Assembly: GCA_963796975.1 (NCBI GenBank)
Contig: CAWCNW010000023.1
Location: 35,305 to 99,304, forward strand
DNA: 64,000 bases
Source of the DNA: an uncultured Actinomycetota bacterium
Lineage (GTDB): Bacteria; Actinomycetota; Actinomycetes; Propionibacteriales; Nocardioidaceae
Reading direction: 5' to 3'
Shown here: positions 28,349-39,221 of the stretch, one piece after another
Layout of the letters: each line of letters starts with the position of its first letter
Numbering within the stretch: the first letter of the stretch is position 1
Notes under the pieces: generated by a model
Database searches by the model: none
Told to the model about the DNA's origin: nothing
The model's input: only the letters and a program-made list of their open reading frames with translations
Translations under genes and position numbers: made by a program

Positions 28349-29725
28349 CTACGTCAGGAGGTCGGCGATCACGCGGGGAAGAGCTTCGGCGACGTCAGGG
28401 GCGGAGATCGGACCGCCGGCCGAGGCGAGGGTGGCCGCGGCCCCGTGGAGCCACGAGCCGACTGCCCCCGCGTCGTACGGCGAGAGCCCGGCCGCCAGCA
28501 GGGCGCCGCAGAGCCCACCGAGGACGTCGCCGGCTCCGGCGACGGCGAGCCACGGCGTACCGGTGGTGGTGACCCGGACCCGTCCGTTGGGCGCGGCGAC
28601 GAGGGTGTGGTGGCCCTTGAGCAGCACCGTGGCGGCGTACTCGCGGGCCGCACGGCGGGCGAAGGCGAGCTGGTCGGCCTCGACCTCGGCGCGTTCGACG
28701 CCGAGCATGGCTGCCAGCTCGCCGGCGTGCGGGGTGAGCAGCGCGGGACCGCTCAGCGGTGCCTGCAGGTGCTGGAGGGCGTCGGCGTCGACGACCAGCG
28801 GTACGTCGTCAGCCAGGGCCGCATGTAGCGCCTCGGCGGCGTCGGCGTCGCCGCCCGAGCCGACCACCCAGGCCTGCACCCGCCCCTCGCCGACGACGAC
28901 CTCCGGGTGCCGCGCGCGGACCGCGTCGGGCGCCCCACCGGCGTACCGCACCATCCCCGCCAGACCGCAGGCCGCGCCGGACGTGGACAGCACGCCGGCG
29001 CCGGGATAGCGCTCCGAGCCGGCGCGGACGCCGACCACGCCGCGGGTGTACTTCTGGGCGCTCAGCGCGGGACGCGGGATGAGCGCGGCCACGTCGTCGG
29101 CCTGGAGGGCGGTGACGGCGGCCTCGGGCAGGTCCAACCCGATGTCGATCAGCTGGACGACGCCGCACGCGGAGGCGGCGGGCTCGACGAGGTGACAGAT
29201 CTTGTGGGTGCCGAAGGTGACGGTGACGTCGGCGGTCACGTGGCTGCCGTCGAGCCGGCCGGTGTCGACCTCGACCCCGCTGGGCGTGTCGACCGCCACC
29301 ATCGGTACGCCGGCCACGGCCCGGACGGCGTCGAGCGCCGGTTGCCGGAGCCCGGGGCTGCCGCCGATGCCGACGATGCCGTCGACCACCAGGTCGGGCG
29401 GACGGTGGTCGCCGAGCGCGACGACGCGGCCGCCCGCTGCCTTCAACGTGGCTACGCCCGCCTCGTGGGCTCTGTCGGCGACCAGCAGCGCCTCGACCCC
29501 GGCCCCGCGGCGCGCCAGCAGCGCTCCGGCGTACAGCGCGTCGCCGCCGTTGTCCCCCGGCCCGACGAGCAGCAGCACCCGGCGCCCGTAGGCGCCCCCC
29601 CACAGGTCGATGACCGCGGTGGCCAGCCCAGCCGCCGCCCGCTGCATCAGCGTGCCCTCGGGCAGCCGGCTCATCAGCTCCGCCTCCGCGGCCCGCACCT
29701 GCTCGACTGTGTGCGCGGCTCTCAT
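28349..29725 (-). CDS. nnr: Bifunctional NAD(P)H-hydrate repair enzyme Nnr (epimerase + ADP-dependent dehydratase)
   Basis: N-terminal YjeF_N (GPGDNGGDALY) and C-terminal carbohydrate-kinase-like domain (GAGDVLGG). Confidence 0.9.
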   Translation of the reverse strand: MRAAHTVEQVRAAEAELMSRLPEGTLMQRAAAGLATAVIDLWGGAYGRRVLLLVGPGDNGGDALYAGALLARRGAGVEALLVADRAHEAGVATLKAAGGRVVALGDHRPPDLVVDGIVGIGGSPGLRQPALDAVRAVAGVPMVAVDTPSGVEVDTGRLDGSHVTADVTVTFGTHKICHLVEPAASACGVVQLIDIGLDLPEAAVTALQADDVAALIPRPALSAQKYTRGVVGVRAGSERYPGAGVLSTSGAACGLAGMVRYAGGAPDAVRARHPEVVVGEGRVQAWVVGSGGDADAAEALHAALADDVPLVVDADALQHLQAPLSGPALLTPHAGELAAMLGVERAEVEADQLAFARRAAREYAATVLLKGHHTLVAAPNGRVRVTTTGTPWLAVAGAGDVLGGLCGALLAAGLSPYDAGAVGSWLHGAAATLASAGGPISAPDVAEALPRVIADLLT

Positions 29726-29738
29726 GGCCCGAACCTAT

Positions 29739-29787
29739 CCGGGTCGTGTGCCTGAGCCCGCGCCAGAGCGCGGTCTCAGGCACACAA
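29739..29787. repeat. Palindromic repeat, copy 1 (cgggtcgtgtgcctga..cgcgccagagcgcgg.ctcaggcacacaac)
   Basis: About 45/49 nt identical to 30768-30816 in direct orientation. Internal arms gtgtgcctgag / ctcaggcacac. Confidence 0.8.
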
Positions 29788-29856
29788 CTCCCACACGCTG
29801 GGCAGCCCTGTGGAGGACGCGCGCGGGTAGGCGTCCAGTTCGCTGACGCTGAGCAC

Positions 29857-30783
29857 GTGGAATCGCTTCAAGACCTGCTCACCACGCAATGCGGTCTCGT
29901 GGCCCGCCGACAGCTGACGGGCCTCGGACTCGAGTGGGAGCGGGCACGTAACCAGGTCGCGGCCCGTCGCTGGGTCGTGCGAACTCCTCGCGTCATCGGA
30001 GCGACGACGGGCGACCTCACCTGGGAGCAGCGATGCTGGCTAGGGGTCCTGCACGCTGGCCCGCGCAGCCTGCTCGGAGGACTCACAGCGGCTTCCTCTC
30101 TCGGCCTCGAGGGCTGGGACCGAGAGACGGTCACGGTGCTCGTCGACGACGAGCTGGCCTTCGAACCGGTCGACGGAGTCCGCTTCTTCAGAAGCCGTCG
30201 CCCGTTCGAGCTGTTGCGATCGGCGCGACCCGGCATCCCCAGGGCCGGGCTGGAGCCGGCCATCTTGTTGTGGGCGGGCTACGAGGCCCCCGTGAGGGCC
30301 GCGCATGGCGTGCTCGCAGCTGCCGTGCAGCAGCGGCTGACGACCCCGGACCGCTTGCTCGAGTGGGTAGACCTGCTCCGGCCGCTCCGCCGTGCCCGCG
30401 CGTTCAGGCGCACGCTCGGTGACATCGCTGGTGGGGCACATTCCGGCGCAGAGATGGACGTACGTCGGATGTGCCGCCGGTTCGGTCTCGTGAAACCCCA
30501 TCGTCAACGTCCGCGCCACGACCGAGCGGGCAGGCGACGCTGGACCGACTGCGAGTGGGACCTCCCCGACGGCACGACCTTGGTTCTGGAGGTCGACGGG
30601 AGCTTCCATCTCGAGGTCCGGCAGTGGGAAGCCGACCTGAAGCGCGCTCGGTCGATCACGACCCGGACGCGACTGGTCGTGCGGTGCAGCGTCTACGAAC
30701 TACGCCATGAGACCGCCGAGGTGGCGGCCGACCTGGTGGCGCTGGGCGTCCCCCACGTCATCCCGAACGGGTCGTGTGCCTGA
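29857..30783 (+). CDS. DUF559 / Vsr-like endonuclease-domain protein (with N-terminal AbiEi-like region)
   Basis: C-terminal block WTDCEWDLPDGTTLVLEVDGSFH...RARSITTRTRLVVRCSVYELR is typical of actinobacterial DUF559 proteins. GTG at 29857. The stop codon lies inside the flanking repeat. Confidence 0.7.
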   Translation: MESLQDLLTTQCGLVARRQLTGLGLEWERARNQVAARRWVVRTPRVIGATTGDLTWEQRCWLGVLHAGPRSLLGGLTAASSLGLEGWDRETVTVLVDDELAFEPVDGVRFFRSRRPFELLRSARPGIPRAGLEPAILLWAGYEAPVRAAHGVLAAAVQQRLTTPDRLLEWVDLLRPLRRARAFRRTLGDIAGGAHSGAEMDVRRMCRRFGLVKPHRQRPRHDRAGRRRWTDCEWDLPDGTTLVLEVDGSFHLEVRQWEADLKRARSITTRTRLVVRCSVYELRHETAEVAADLVALGVPHVIPNGSCA

Positions 30784-30816
30784 CACCGCGCCAGAGCGCG
30801 GGCTCAGGCACACAAC
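30768..30816. repeat. Palindromic repeat, copy 2 (direct repeat of 29739-29787)
   Basis: See copy 1. The two copies bracket the DUF559 gene between nnr and acpS. Confidence 0.8.
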
Positions 30817-30836
30817 CCCACAGCGGAGCGGCGGCG

Positions 30837-31190
30837 TCAGGACTCCAGGACCACCACAGCCGAGGCGATGCCGGCGTCGTGGGAGAGGGAGAGGTGGACG
30901 TGGACGGCGCCGAGCTCGGCGGACCGGGCGGCCACGGTGCCGGAGATCGCCAGGTGCGGGCGCCCGGAGGACGCCGAGACCACCTCGGCGTCGTGCCAGG
31001 CCATGCCCTCCGGTGCACCCAGCGCCTTGGCGAGGGCCTCCTTGGCGGCGAAGCGCGCGGCCAGCGAGGCCGGAGGTCGGTCGAGCTCACCAGGGGTGAA
31101 GAGCCGCCTCGCCAGCCCCGGCGTACGACGCAGCGACGCCGCGAAGCGGTCGATGTCGACCACGTCGATGCCCACGCCGACGATCGCCAC
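30837..31190 (-). CDS. acpS: Holo-[acyl-carrier-protein] synthase
   Basis: 117 aa with [23 protein letters not shown] and SLSHD motifs. Confidence 0.9.
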   Translation of the reverse strand: MAIVGVGIDVVDIDRFAASLRRTPGLARRLFTPGELDRPPASLAARFAAKEALAKALGAPEGMAWHDAEVVSASSGRPHLAISGTVAARSAELGAVHVHLSLSHDAGIASAVVVLES

Positions 31191-31200
31191 GGAGCCTTGT

Positions 31201-33045
31201 CTACTCGACCGTGACCGACTTGGCGAGGTTGCGCGGCTGGTCGACGTCGTGGCCGAGCCGGGTCGCGAGCTCGCAGGCGAACAGCTGCAGGGGTACGACG
31301 GCCGGCACCGGCTGCAGCAGCGTCGAGACCCGGGGCAGCCGGATCAGCGTGTCCGCGAACTCCTCGATGTCGGGGTCGTCGTCCTCGGCGAGCACGATCG
31401 TGCGCGCACCCCGGGCCCGGATCTCCTGGATGGCGCTGACCATCTTGTCGTGGAGCTGGTCGCGGCCCTGGGGGGGCACGACGCAGAAGACCGGCAGCCC
31501 CGGCTCGATCAGCGCGATCGGGCCGTGCTTGAGCTCGCCGGCGGCGAACCCCTCGGCGTGGATGTAGGCCAGCTCCTTGAGCTTGAGCGCGCCCTCGAGC
31601 GCGATCGGGAAACCGGCGTGCCGGCCGAGGAAGAGCACCGACTTCGCGTCCTGCAGCTCCTCGGCCAGGTCGTAGAGCTGGTCGGCGTTGTCGAGGATCC
31701 GCTGCACGTGGCCGGGCATGTCACCGAGCTCGCCGACCACCCGCGCGATCTCGTCGTCGTACGACGTGCCCTTGACCTGGGCGAGGTAGAGCCCGAGCAG
31801 GTACGCCGCGATCACCTGGGTGATGAAGCCCTTGGTCGACGCGACGCCGATCTCGGGGCCGGCGTGGGTGTAGATCACCGCGTCGGACTCGCGCGGGATG
31901 GTGGAGCCGTTGGTGTTGCAGATCGCCAGCACCTTCGAGCGCTGCTGGCGCGCGTGCCGGATCGCCATCAGCGTGTCCGCGGTCTCGCCGGACTGGCTGA
32001 TCGCGACCACGAGCGTCGACCGAGTCAGGATCGGGTCGCGGTAGCGGAACTCGTGGGCGAGCTCGACCTCGCAGGGGATCCGGGTCCAGTGCTCGATGGC
32101 GTACTTCGCGACGAGGCCGGCGTAGAACGCCGTACCGCACGCGATGATGATGATCTTGTCGACCTCGCGGAGCTCGCCGTCGGAGATCCGGACCTCGTCG
32201 AGCTGGAGGCGTCCGTTCTCGTCGTGGCGCCCGAGCAACGCGTCACCGATCGCACGCGGCTGCTCGAAGATCTCCTTGCGCATGAACCAGTCGTAGCCGT
32301 CCTTCTCGGCGGCCGAGAGGTCCCAGTCCACGTGGTAGCGGTTGCCCTCGACGGGCGTGCCGTCGAAGTCGATGACCGAGACGCCGTCGCTGGTGATGGT
32401 GACGATCTGGTCCTGCCCGAGCTCCAGCGCCTCGCGGGTGTGTTCGATGAAGGCCGCCACATCGGAGCCGATGAAGTTCTCCCCCTCGCCGATGCCCACG
32501 ACCAGCGGTGAGTTACGGCGTGCGGCGACGACGCGGGTCGGGTCCTCGCCGTCCACTGCGACGAGCGTGAACGCGCCCTCGAGCCGTTGGCACACCGCCC
32601 GCATCGCGTCGGTGAGGTCGCCACCGCGCTCGAGCGCGGTCTCGAGCAGGTGGGCGGCGATCTCGGTGTCGGTCTCCGAGCGGAGGTCGTCGCCGGCGGC
32701 CTCGACCTCGGCGCGCAGCCTGGCGAAGTTCTCGATGATCCCGTTGTGCACCAGCGCGACCCGGCCGTGGTTGCCGAGGTGGGGATGGGCGTTGACGTCG
32801 TTCGGCGCCCCGTGGGTGGCCCACCGGGTGTGCCCGATACCGGTCGTCGACGGCGGAAGGGGGTCGTCGGCGAGGGCCTTCTCGAGGTTGGCGAGCTTGC
32901 CGGCGCGCTTGCTCCACGCGATGGCACCGTCGGAGACGAGCGCGATGCCGGCGGAGTCGTAGCCGCGGTACTCCAGGCGGCGCAGGCCCTCGATGACGAC
33001 GTCCTGAGCCTGCTTGTTCCCGACGTACCCCACGATGCCGCACAT
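31201..33045 (-). CDS. glmS: Glutamine--fructose-6-phosphate aminotransferase (isomerizing)
   Basis: N-terminal MCGIVGYVG (catalytic Cys2), two SIS domains, C-terminal NLAKSVTVE. Confidence 0.96.
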   Translation of the reverse strand: MCGIVGYVGNKQAQDVVIEGLRRLEYRGYDSAGIALVSDGAIAWSKRAGKLANLEKALADDPLPPSTTGIGHTRWATHGAPNDVNAHPHLGNHGRVALVHNGIIENFARLRAEVEAAGDDLRSETDTEIAAHLLETALERGGDLTDAMRAVCQRLEGAFTLVAVDGEDPTRVVAARRNSPLVVGIGEGENFIGSDVAAFIEHTREALELGQDQIVTITSDGVSVIDFDGTPVEGNRYHVDWDLSAAEKDGYDWFMRKEIFEQPRAIGDALLGRHDENGRLQLDEVRISDGELREVDKIIIIACGTAFYAGLVAKYAIEHWTRIPCEVELAHEFRYRDPILTRSTLVVAISQSGETADTLMAIRHARQQRSKVLAICNTNGSTIPRESDAVIYTHAGPEIGVASTKGFITQVIAAYLLGLYLAQVKGTSYDDEIARVVGELGDMPGHVQRILDNADQLYDLAEELQDAKSVLFLGRHAGFPIALEGALKLKELAYIHAEGFAAGELKHGPIALIEPGLPVFCVVPPQGRDQLHDKMVSAIQEIRARGARTIVLAEDDDPDIEEFADTLIRLPRVSTLLQPVPAVVPLQLFACELATRLGHDVDQPRNLAKSVTVE

Positions 33046-33080
33046 GGACCCGAGTCTATCGGCGCCGCGATCGGTGCCCG

Positions 33081-33110
33081 GGACGGCCACCGCCCGAGCG
33101 GTGGCCGTCC
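33081..33110 (-). terminator. Perfect 13-bp stem hairpin (ggacggccaccgc-ccga-gcggtggccgtcc) downstream of the S53 peptidase gene
   Basis: Inverted repeat read directly. It lies 26 nt after the stop at 33136. No U-tract, which is common in high-GC actinobacteria. Confidence 0.5.
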
Positions 33111-33135
33111 TTGGCGACTGCGGGACCTCCTCGCG

Positions 33136-34515
33136 TCAGTGCGCCCGGTGGACCAGCAGCGGCAGCAGTTTCGCCGCGTTCGGCGAGCCGAGCCCCGTCA
33201 CCGGGTCCCAGCCCCTTGCTGTGTCGAAGCCGCCGCCGATCTCGGCGACGTCGTTGTTACCGATCGTGATGTCGTGGAACGCCGAGCGGTACTTCGAGCT
33301 CGAGTTGGCGATGGAGTACAGCGCCGGGTTGATGTCACCCAACCGGTGACCGGCCAGCTGGTCGCCGATCGCCGCCAGAGCCGCCCACTGGGGCGAGCCC
33401 GCGCTGGTGCCTCCGAACAGGAAGACAGCCGGCACGCCGTCGTTGCAGACCGAGCAGACCGTCAGCACACCGCCGTTGACGCCGGCGTTGTAGGCGATGT
33501 CGGGAACGCCTCGACCCACCTTGCCCTTGACCATGGACTTCTGGAACGAGGGCTTGGGGTAGAGGTCGCTGAAGCCGCCGCCGCTGCAGTTGATGTCGGC
33601 CTCTGCCACGGCCGGCGCGTTGCACCCGGTGAAGATCCCCTCGGTCCAGGCTGTCTCGCCCAGGTAGTTGCCATCGATGTCAGCGCTCAGGGTGGTGCCG
33701 CCGACCCCGGTCACCAGCGGGTCGGACGCCGGGCTGCTCGCGACCTCGACCGCCCCGGTGCCGTCACAGGTGAACTGGGCGGCGCCCGAGTCACCGGAGG
33801 AGGCGAAGACCGTCCAGCCCTGCCTCTCGGCCTTGCTGAACATCTGGTGCTCGGCGTCGAGGAGCTGCGGGTCGACGCAGTTCTCGTTCTCGCCGAAGCT
33901 CTGGGAGAGGACGTCGCCCAGGTCGTTGTCCACCGCGTACTGCGTGGCGGCGAGGATGTCGGAGTCCTCGTTGCTGACCGCCGAGACCAGCTCGATCTTG
34001 GCGCCCGGCGCGATCGCGTGGGCCCACAGCACGTCGAGCGTGGTCTCCCCGCCCCATCCGACCTGGTTGTCGTCGTTCGGGTCGAAGTCGGGCGTGCCGG
34101 GCATCACGTGGTTGTCGAAGACCGGGTCGGGCAGACCGAACAGCTGGTCGAAGCTGTGCAGGTCCGAGTCGATGAACGGGTTCTGGTAGGCGTCGACGAT
34201 CACGATGGTGCGGCCGGCGCCGTTCTTGCCGGCGTCGAGCAACGGCTTGACGCCGTACGCGTTCTGGATCTGGCTCGGGTCGTAGCAGACGATGCCCTTG
34301 GAACCGTCGATCGGACGGCCCTGGCAGGTGAACTGCGCCGCCTCGGTGTTGCTGCTGACCTTGACCGAGTCGGGGAAGACCTTGATCCGGTGGGACTGGA
34401 TGGACGGGCCGGTCGCGCCGGCTGGTGCTGCCGCGACGCCGAGCGCGGCGACGGTCGCTGAGGCCGTGAGCACGGCTGCCAGCTTCACTTGCAAGGGGGA
34501 GATTCGCACGAACAT
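33136..34515 (-). CDS. Secreted S53 family (sedolisin-like) serine peptidase
   Basis: Signal peptide. WGGETTLDV (Glu/Asp), SSGDSGA and [13 protein letters not shown] (nucleophile Ser) blocks. Confidence 0.8.
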   Translation of the reverse strand: MFVRISPLQVKLAAVLTASATVAALGVAAAPAGATGPSIQSHRIKVFPDSVKVSSNTEAAQFTCQGRPIDGSKGIVCYDPSQIQNAYGVKPLLDAGKNGAGRTIVIVDAYQNPFIDSDLHSFDQLFGLPDPVFDNHVMPGTPDFDPNDDNQVGWGGETTLDVLWAHAIAPGAKIELVSAVSNEDSDILAATQYAVDNDLGDVLSQSFGENENCVDPQLLDAEHQMFSKAERQGWTVFASSGDSGAAQFTCDGTGAVEVASSPASDPLVTGVGGTTLSADIDGNYLGETAWTEGIFTGCNAPAVAEADINCSGGGFSDLYPKPSFQKSMVKGKVGRGVPDIAYNAGVNGGVLTVCSVCNDGVPAVFLFGGTSAGSPQWAALAAIGDQLAGHRLGDINPALYSIANSSSKYRSAFHDITIGNNDVAEIGGGFDTARGWDPVTGLGSPNAAKLLPLLVHRAH

Positions 34516-34699
34516 GACTCCTCTGTGGTGGTGGAGCGGCCCGGCACCCGGCTCTGGTGGAGCCGTGTGGACCATCTGGCAGGTTGGCCTTTTATCAGTC
34601 CGTAATCAACCGATGACTTTTGCCGCTGGCGGCGGTGTAATGGTGGGTTTGACCTCCCGCGGCGCACGACGTCCGGCGGACGACTGGAACAATGCCGCC

Positions 34700-35659
34700 A
34701 TGTCCAACGGCGTGCAGGGGAGCGAGCCGTCCCCGTACGTCGAGCTGGACCGCGACGCCTGGGCCGAGCTGGGCGAGCACTTCCACCAGCCGCTGTCGGG
34801 CGAGGAGATCACCCGGCTGCGGGGGCTGGGCGACCAGCTCGACCTCCGAGAGGTGCAGCAGGTCTACCTCCCGCTCTCGCGGCTGCTGAGCCTGCGGGTC
34901 AAGGCCGCGCGTCGCCTGCACCGCAAGCAGGAGGAGTTCCTGCACCGGCCGCAGCCGCCGCGCACGCCATTCGTGATCGGACTCGCCGGCTCGGTCGCGG
35001 TGGGCAAGTCGACGACGGCGCGGGTTCTCCAGCAGATGCTGGCCCACTGGGACGAGCACCCGAACGTCGCGCTGGTGACCACCGACGGCTTCCTCTACCC
35101 CAACGCCGAGCTCGAGCGGCGAGGACTCCTGCAGCGCAAGGGCTTCCCGGAGTCCTACGACCGGCGCGCGCTGCTGCGCTTCGTCGTCGACATCAAGTCG
35201 GGCAGGGACGAGGTCGAGGCGCCGACCTACTCCCACCTCGTGTACGACGTGGTGCGCGACGACCCGATCGTCGTCCGGCACCCCGACATCGTGATCATCG
35301 AGGGTCTCAACGTCCTCCAGCCGGCCCGCCGTACCGAGGACGGCCGCAGCGGCCTGGCGCTGAGCGACTTCTTCGACTTCAGCGTCTTCGTCGACGCCGC
35401 CACCGACGACATCCGCGCGTGGTACGTCGAGCGGTTCCTGCGGCTGCGCAAGACCGCCTTCGCCGACCCCGCGTCGTACTTCTCGCGCTACGCCAACCTG
35501 TCCTCCGAGGAGGCGACCGCGACCGCCGAGGAGATCTGGGGCAGCATCAACGGCCCCAACCTCGAGCAGAACATCAAGCCCACCCGCTCGCGCGCCACAC
35601 TGGTCCTGCGCAAGGATCGTGATCATTCGGTGCGGTACGTGAGGTTGCGGAAGCTGTAG
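34700..35659 (+). CDS. coaA: Type I pantothenate kinase
   Basis: P-loop [18 protein letters not shown], and blocks TTDGFLYPN and [10 protein letters not shown]-terminal [16 protein letters not shown]. Confidence 0.93.
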   Translation: MSNGVQGSEPSPYVELDRDAWAELGEHFHQPLSGEEITRLRGLGDQLDLREVQQVYLPLSRLLSLRVKAARRLHRKQEEFLHRPQPPRTPFVIGLAGSVAVGKSTTARVLQQMLAHWDEHPNVALVTTDGFLYPNAELERRGLLQRKGFPESYDRRALLRFVVDIKSGRDEVEAPTYSHLVYDVVRDDPIVVRHPDIVIIEGLNVLQPARRTEDGRSGLALSDFFDFSVFVDAATDDIRAWYVERFLRLRKTAFADPASYFSRYANLSSEEATATAEEIWGSINGPNLEQNIKPTRSRATLVLRKDRDHSVRYVRLRKL

Positions 35660-35664
35660 CTGCG

Positions 35665-36264
35665 ATGGGTGTCTGGAAACCCGACTGGGGCCCGAGGACC
35701 TTCGACCCGGTGCGCCTGGGCCACCGGGAGACCGACGCCTGGGCGGCCTACTACCGGCGCGAGTGGCTGACCTTTCTGTGGGCCGCCGTCGGGATGGTCC
35801 GCACCGGCTTCGGCACCGACCCGGTGCGGTCGGTGGTCGGCGCCTACCACGTGCTCCGCGCCAACCAGCTCTGGGCGCCGTACCCCGACAACGACCCGGA
35901 CGGCGCCCGCGCCTCGATGCGGCGGTTCTACGCGATGGTGGCCAAGGACGGTGGCTTCCCGCTCGACCCGGTGCGCGCCGCGGAGCTCGAGGTCGAGTGG
36001 TGGCGCGTGCACCGCGAGCACCAGCACGATCCCGAGGTGTCCGAGGACGCCCTGGTGGACTCGCTGGTCGACCTCTACGCCTACCTGTACGGCGTGACGC
36101 CCGGCGAGGTGCGCGAGGCGGCCGAGCAGCGAGTGCTGGCGATGGCCCACTCCGACGCCTGGGTGGCCGCGGGCTGCCAGCCAGACGACCCTGGCCTGAG
36201 CGCCGAGCGGATGGCCCTGGTCGCGTCGTACAGCGTGCTCCGCCGGGCGATCGCGGAAGAGTGA
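35665..36264 (+). CDS. Hypothetical protein (no motif recognised)
   Basis: 199-aa ORF with good coding bias, located 5 nt downstream of coaA. Confidence 0.55.
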   Translation: MGVWKPDWGPRTFDPVRLGHRETDAWAAYYRREWLTFLWAAVGMVRTGFGTDPVRSVVGAYHVLRANQLWAPYPDNDPDGARASMRRFYAMVAKDGGFPLDPVRAAELEVEWWRVHREHQHDPEVSEDALVDSLVDLYAYLYGVTPGEVREAAEQRVLAMAHSDAWVAAGCQPDDPGLSAERMALVASYSVLRRAIAEE

Positions 36265-36265
36265 C

Positions 36266-37261
36266 TCAGAGCCGCTTCTGGTACTCCAGGAGCTGCTCGA
36301 GGAAGCGGTAGCCGAGCACCGCGTTGACCGCGTTCATGTGGTCGTTGACGTCGGCGTTGCTGGTGACGACCGCCGTGCACTCGGGGTACGACGCGCGAAG
36401 GGCCCGGTGGGTGGCAAGCTTCATGGCCAGCCCCAGCCGGTGCCCGCGCGCGTCGGGCAGCACCATCGTCATCCCGACGTAGCCGATCCGCGGGTCCGCC
36501 CGGGCCACCCGCACGTCCGAGACGCCGACCAGGCGGCCCTCGGGCGACACCGCGGCGGCGTAGAACCGGTCCTGTCCGATCTCCTCCGCGCGACGCTCGC
36601 TCTGGCGCAGGCGTTCGACCGTCCACTCCCCGTCCTCGAGCTCGAGCTCGCCCTGCGGCACCATCGCGATGAAGCCGCTCAGCAACGCGCAGAGGTCCTC
36701 GGCACGCTCGTCGGGGCACGGGCCGCTCCACGCCACGACCTCGAAGTCGCCGCGCGCTGCCTCCACCTCCGCCTCGAGCGCGGCCCAGCCGGGCTCAGAC
36801 GCCGCGAGGTCGATCGCCTTGGTGCCCTCGCGGTTGGCGACCGCGTAGCCGCGCGCGTCGCCGAACTCCGTGCCGGTGCTGGTCCCGCCCGGCGGCGCGA
36901 ACACCTCGACCAGGGCGAGCTCGCGGCCGAGCGCACGGGCACGGCGCTCGACCTCGTCGAGCAGCAGCGTGCCGACGCCGCGGCGCCGGGCCGGCCAGTC
37001 GACCCACACGTCGAAGTAGGCCATCCGGAGGTTGTCGGTCATCGGCACGTTCACCAGGCCGGCCCCCACCATCTCCTCGCCGTCGTAGGCGCCGAAGAGC
37101 TCGATGTGGAAGTCGGGGTGGCGGGTCGGTAGCGCCACTCGAGCCACCTCCCACGACGCCGTGTAGTCGAGCGGGCGGTCGCGCTGCGCCTCGTGGTGGA
37201 TCTCCCACCACCGGTAGAGGGTCTTCTCGTCGGACAGGTCGACGTCGCGGATCTCTGTCAC
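36266..37261 (-). CDS. GNAT family N-acetyltransferase (two tandem GNAT-like halves)
   Basis: RRRGVGTLLLDEVERRA and ARGHRLGLAMK acetyl-CoA-binding-like blocks. Confidence 0.75.
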   Translation of the reverse strand: MTEIRDVDLSDEKTLYRWWEIHHEAQRDRPLDYTASWEVARVALPTRHPDFHIELFGAYDGEEMVGAGLVNVPMTDNLRMAYFDVWVDWPARRRGVGTLLLDEVERRARALGRELALVEVFAPPGGTSTGTEFGDARGYAVANREGTKAIDLAASEPGWAALEAEVEAARGDFEVVAWSGPCPDERAEDLCALLSGFIAMVPQGELELEDGEWTVERLRQSERRAEEIGQDRFYAAAVSPEGRLVGVSDVRVARADPRIGYVGMTMVLPDARGHRLGLAMKLATHRALRASYPECTAVVTSNADVNDHMNAVNAVLGYRFLEQLLEYQKRL

Positions 37262-37324
37262 GGAGCACGACCCTAGGTTGCGGCTCGGCCGACGGCGAGC
37301 CGTTATCGGGTCACAGGCTGCAGG

Positions 37325-38668
37325 TCACAGGGCGAGGCGCTGGCGTACGACGTCGGCCAGGCGCTCGGCCACGGCCCGAGCGTCGTCAGGGGTCGCGGCC
37401 TCGACCATCACCCGCACCAGGGGCTCGGTGCCGGAGGGACGCAGCAGGATCCGCCCGCTGTCGCCGAGCTTCTCCTGCTCGAGGGCCACGGCCTCGGTCA
37501 GCTCGCGGTCGTCGGCGCGGCTGCGGTCGACGCCCGAGACGTTGACGAGGACCTGCGGGAGCCGAGTGACCACGGACGCGAGCTCGCGCAGCGTGGAGCC
37601 GGAGCGCGACATCCGCTGCAGCACCTGCAGTGCGCTGAGGATGCCGTCGCCGGTGGTCGCGTGCTCGCTCATGATGATGTGGCCGGACTGCTCGCCGCCG
37701 AGGGTGAAGCCGCCGTCGCGCATGGCCTCCAGCACGTAGCGGTCGCCGACCGCGGTCTGGTGCACGGTGATCCCGGCCGCGTGCATCCCCTGTACGAAAC
37801 CGAGGTTGCTCATCACGGTCGCGACCACGGTGTCGTGGGCGAGTCGACCGCGCTCGTGCAGATCGACGGCGAGCATCGCCATCAGCTGGTCGCCGTCCAC
37901 GGTGGCACCGGTGTGGTCGATCGCGAGGCAGCGGTCGGCGTCGCCGTCGAGGGCGAAGCCGGCATCCGCGCCCTGGGCCAGGACGACCTCGCGCAGCCCG
38001 GCCAGGTGGGTGGATCCGCAGCCCTCGTTGATGTTCACGCCGTTGGGCTGGTCGTTGATCGACAACACCGAGACCCCGGCAGCACGCAAGGCGTGCGGAC
38101 CGACCGAGGCGGCGGCGCCGTTCGCGCAGTCGAGCACCACGCGCAGCCCCTCCGGGCGGTGGTCGAGGGTGCTGACCAGGTGGTCGGAGTACTCCTCGAC
38201 CGTTGCGCCGTACGGCGTCACGCGGCCCACGTCGGCGCCGGTCGGGCGGTCCCACTCCTCGCCGAGCCGGGCCTCGATCTCGGCCTCGAGCGAGTCGTCG
38301 AGCTTCACGCCGCCGCGGGCCAGGAACTTGATGCCGTTGTCGGGCATCGGGTTGTGCGAGGCGGAGATGACCACGCCGAGGTCGGCGCCCAGGGAGTCGG
38401 TGAGGTAGGCGACGCCCGGGGTCGGCAGGACCCGGAGCCGGAGCACGTCGACCCCGGCCGAGGCGAGCCCGGCGATCACGGCGTGCTCGAGGAACTGTCC
38501 CGAGATGCGGGTGTCGCGGCCGACGACGGCCACCGGGCGCTGCCCGGTGAAGCCGCCGTGGGCCACCAGCACCCGCGCCGCCGCGACGCCGAGGTCGACT
38601 GCGAGCTCGGCGGTGATGACACCGTTGGCGAGCCCGCGAACCCCGTCCGTCCCGAAGATGCGAGGCAT
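37325..38668 (-). CDS. glmM: Phosphoglucosamine mutase
   Basis: MPRIFGTDGVRG, active-site SASHNP, GDGDADR, GEQSGH. Confidence 0.95.
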   Translation of the reverse strand: MPRIFGTDGVRGLANGVITAELAVDLGVAAARVLVAHGGFTGQRPVAVVGRDTRISGQFLEHAVIAGLASAGVDVLRLRVLPTPGVAYLTDSLGADLGVVISASHNPMPDNGIKFLARGGVKLDDSLEAEIEARLGEEWDRPTGADVGRVTPYGATVEEYSDHLVSTLDHRPEGLRVVLDCANGAAASVGPHALRAAGVSVLSINDQPNGVNINEGCGSTHLAGLREVVLAQGADAGFALDGDADRCLAIDHTGATVDGDQLMAMLAVDLHERGRLAHDTVVATVMSNLGFVQGMHAAGITVHQTAVGDRYVLEAMRDGGFTLGGEQSGHIIMSEHATTGDGILSALQVLQRMSRSGSTLRELASVVTRLPQVLVNVSGVDRSRADDRELTEAVALEQEKLGDSGRILLRPSGTEPLVRVMVEAATPDDARAVAERLADVVRQRLAL

Positions 38669-38679
38669 CGGGGAGCGGA

Positions 38680-39195
38680 TCAGCGCTTGCTGAACTGCGG
38701 AGCCTTGCGGGCCTTCTTCAGGCCGGCCTTCTTGCGCTCGATGACGCGGGCGTCACGGGTGAGCAGTCCGGCCTTCTTCAGCGTCGGACGGTTGGCCTCG
38801 ACGTCGATGGAGTTCAGGGAGCGGGCCACGCCGAGGCGGAGGGCGCCGGCCTGGCCGGTGATGCCGCCGCCGTGGATCCGGGCGATGACGTCGAAGCGAC
38901 CCTCGAGACCGAGCGCGGCGAACGGCTCGTTCACGACCTGCTGGTGCAGCTTGTTCGGGAAGTAGGAGTCGAGGGTGCGACCGTTCACGGTCCACACACC
39001 GGTGCCCGGCATGATCCGGACCCGGGCCACGGCCTCCTTGCGGCGCCCGGTGGCGGCCGCGGGGGCGATGGTGGCGGGGCGGGCGGCCTCGGCGGCGCCG
39101 GCGCTCTCGGACGTGTACGCCACGCCTGCCTCGTCGGCCTGGAACGTCTCGGCGGCCTCGTCGGCCCCGGTGGTGGTGGTGGTGTCGTCAGCCAC
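38680..39195 (-). CDS. rpsI: 30S ribosomal protein S9 (with Ala/Thr/acidic N-terminal extension)
   Basis: [11 protein letters not shown]...[14 protein letters not shown]...[15 protein letters not shown] at 39195 is preceded by GAAGG. An alternative GTG at 39225 overlaps the rplM stop. Confidence 0.9.
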   Translation of the reverse strand: MADDTTTTTGADEAAETFQADEAGVAYTSESAGAAEAARPATIAPAAATGRRKEAVARVRIMPGTGVWTVNGRTLDSYFPNKLHQQVVNEPFAALGLEGRFDVIARIHGGGITGQAGALRLGVARSLNSIDVEANRPTLKKAGLLTRDARVIERKKAGLKKARKAPQFSKR

Positions 39196-39221
39196 GGAAT
39201 TACCTTCGCTTCTCTGCTCAG

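Noticed and set aside
33046-33135. glmS ribozyme or other riboswitch upstream of glmS
   Set aside because: The 90-nt spacer is too short for a glmS ribozyme. Its only notable structure is a simple 13-bp hairpin that fits a terminator for the upstream S53 gene. The glmS ribozyme is not expected in Actinobacteria.
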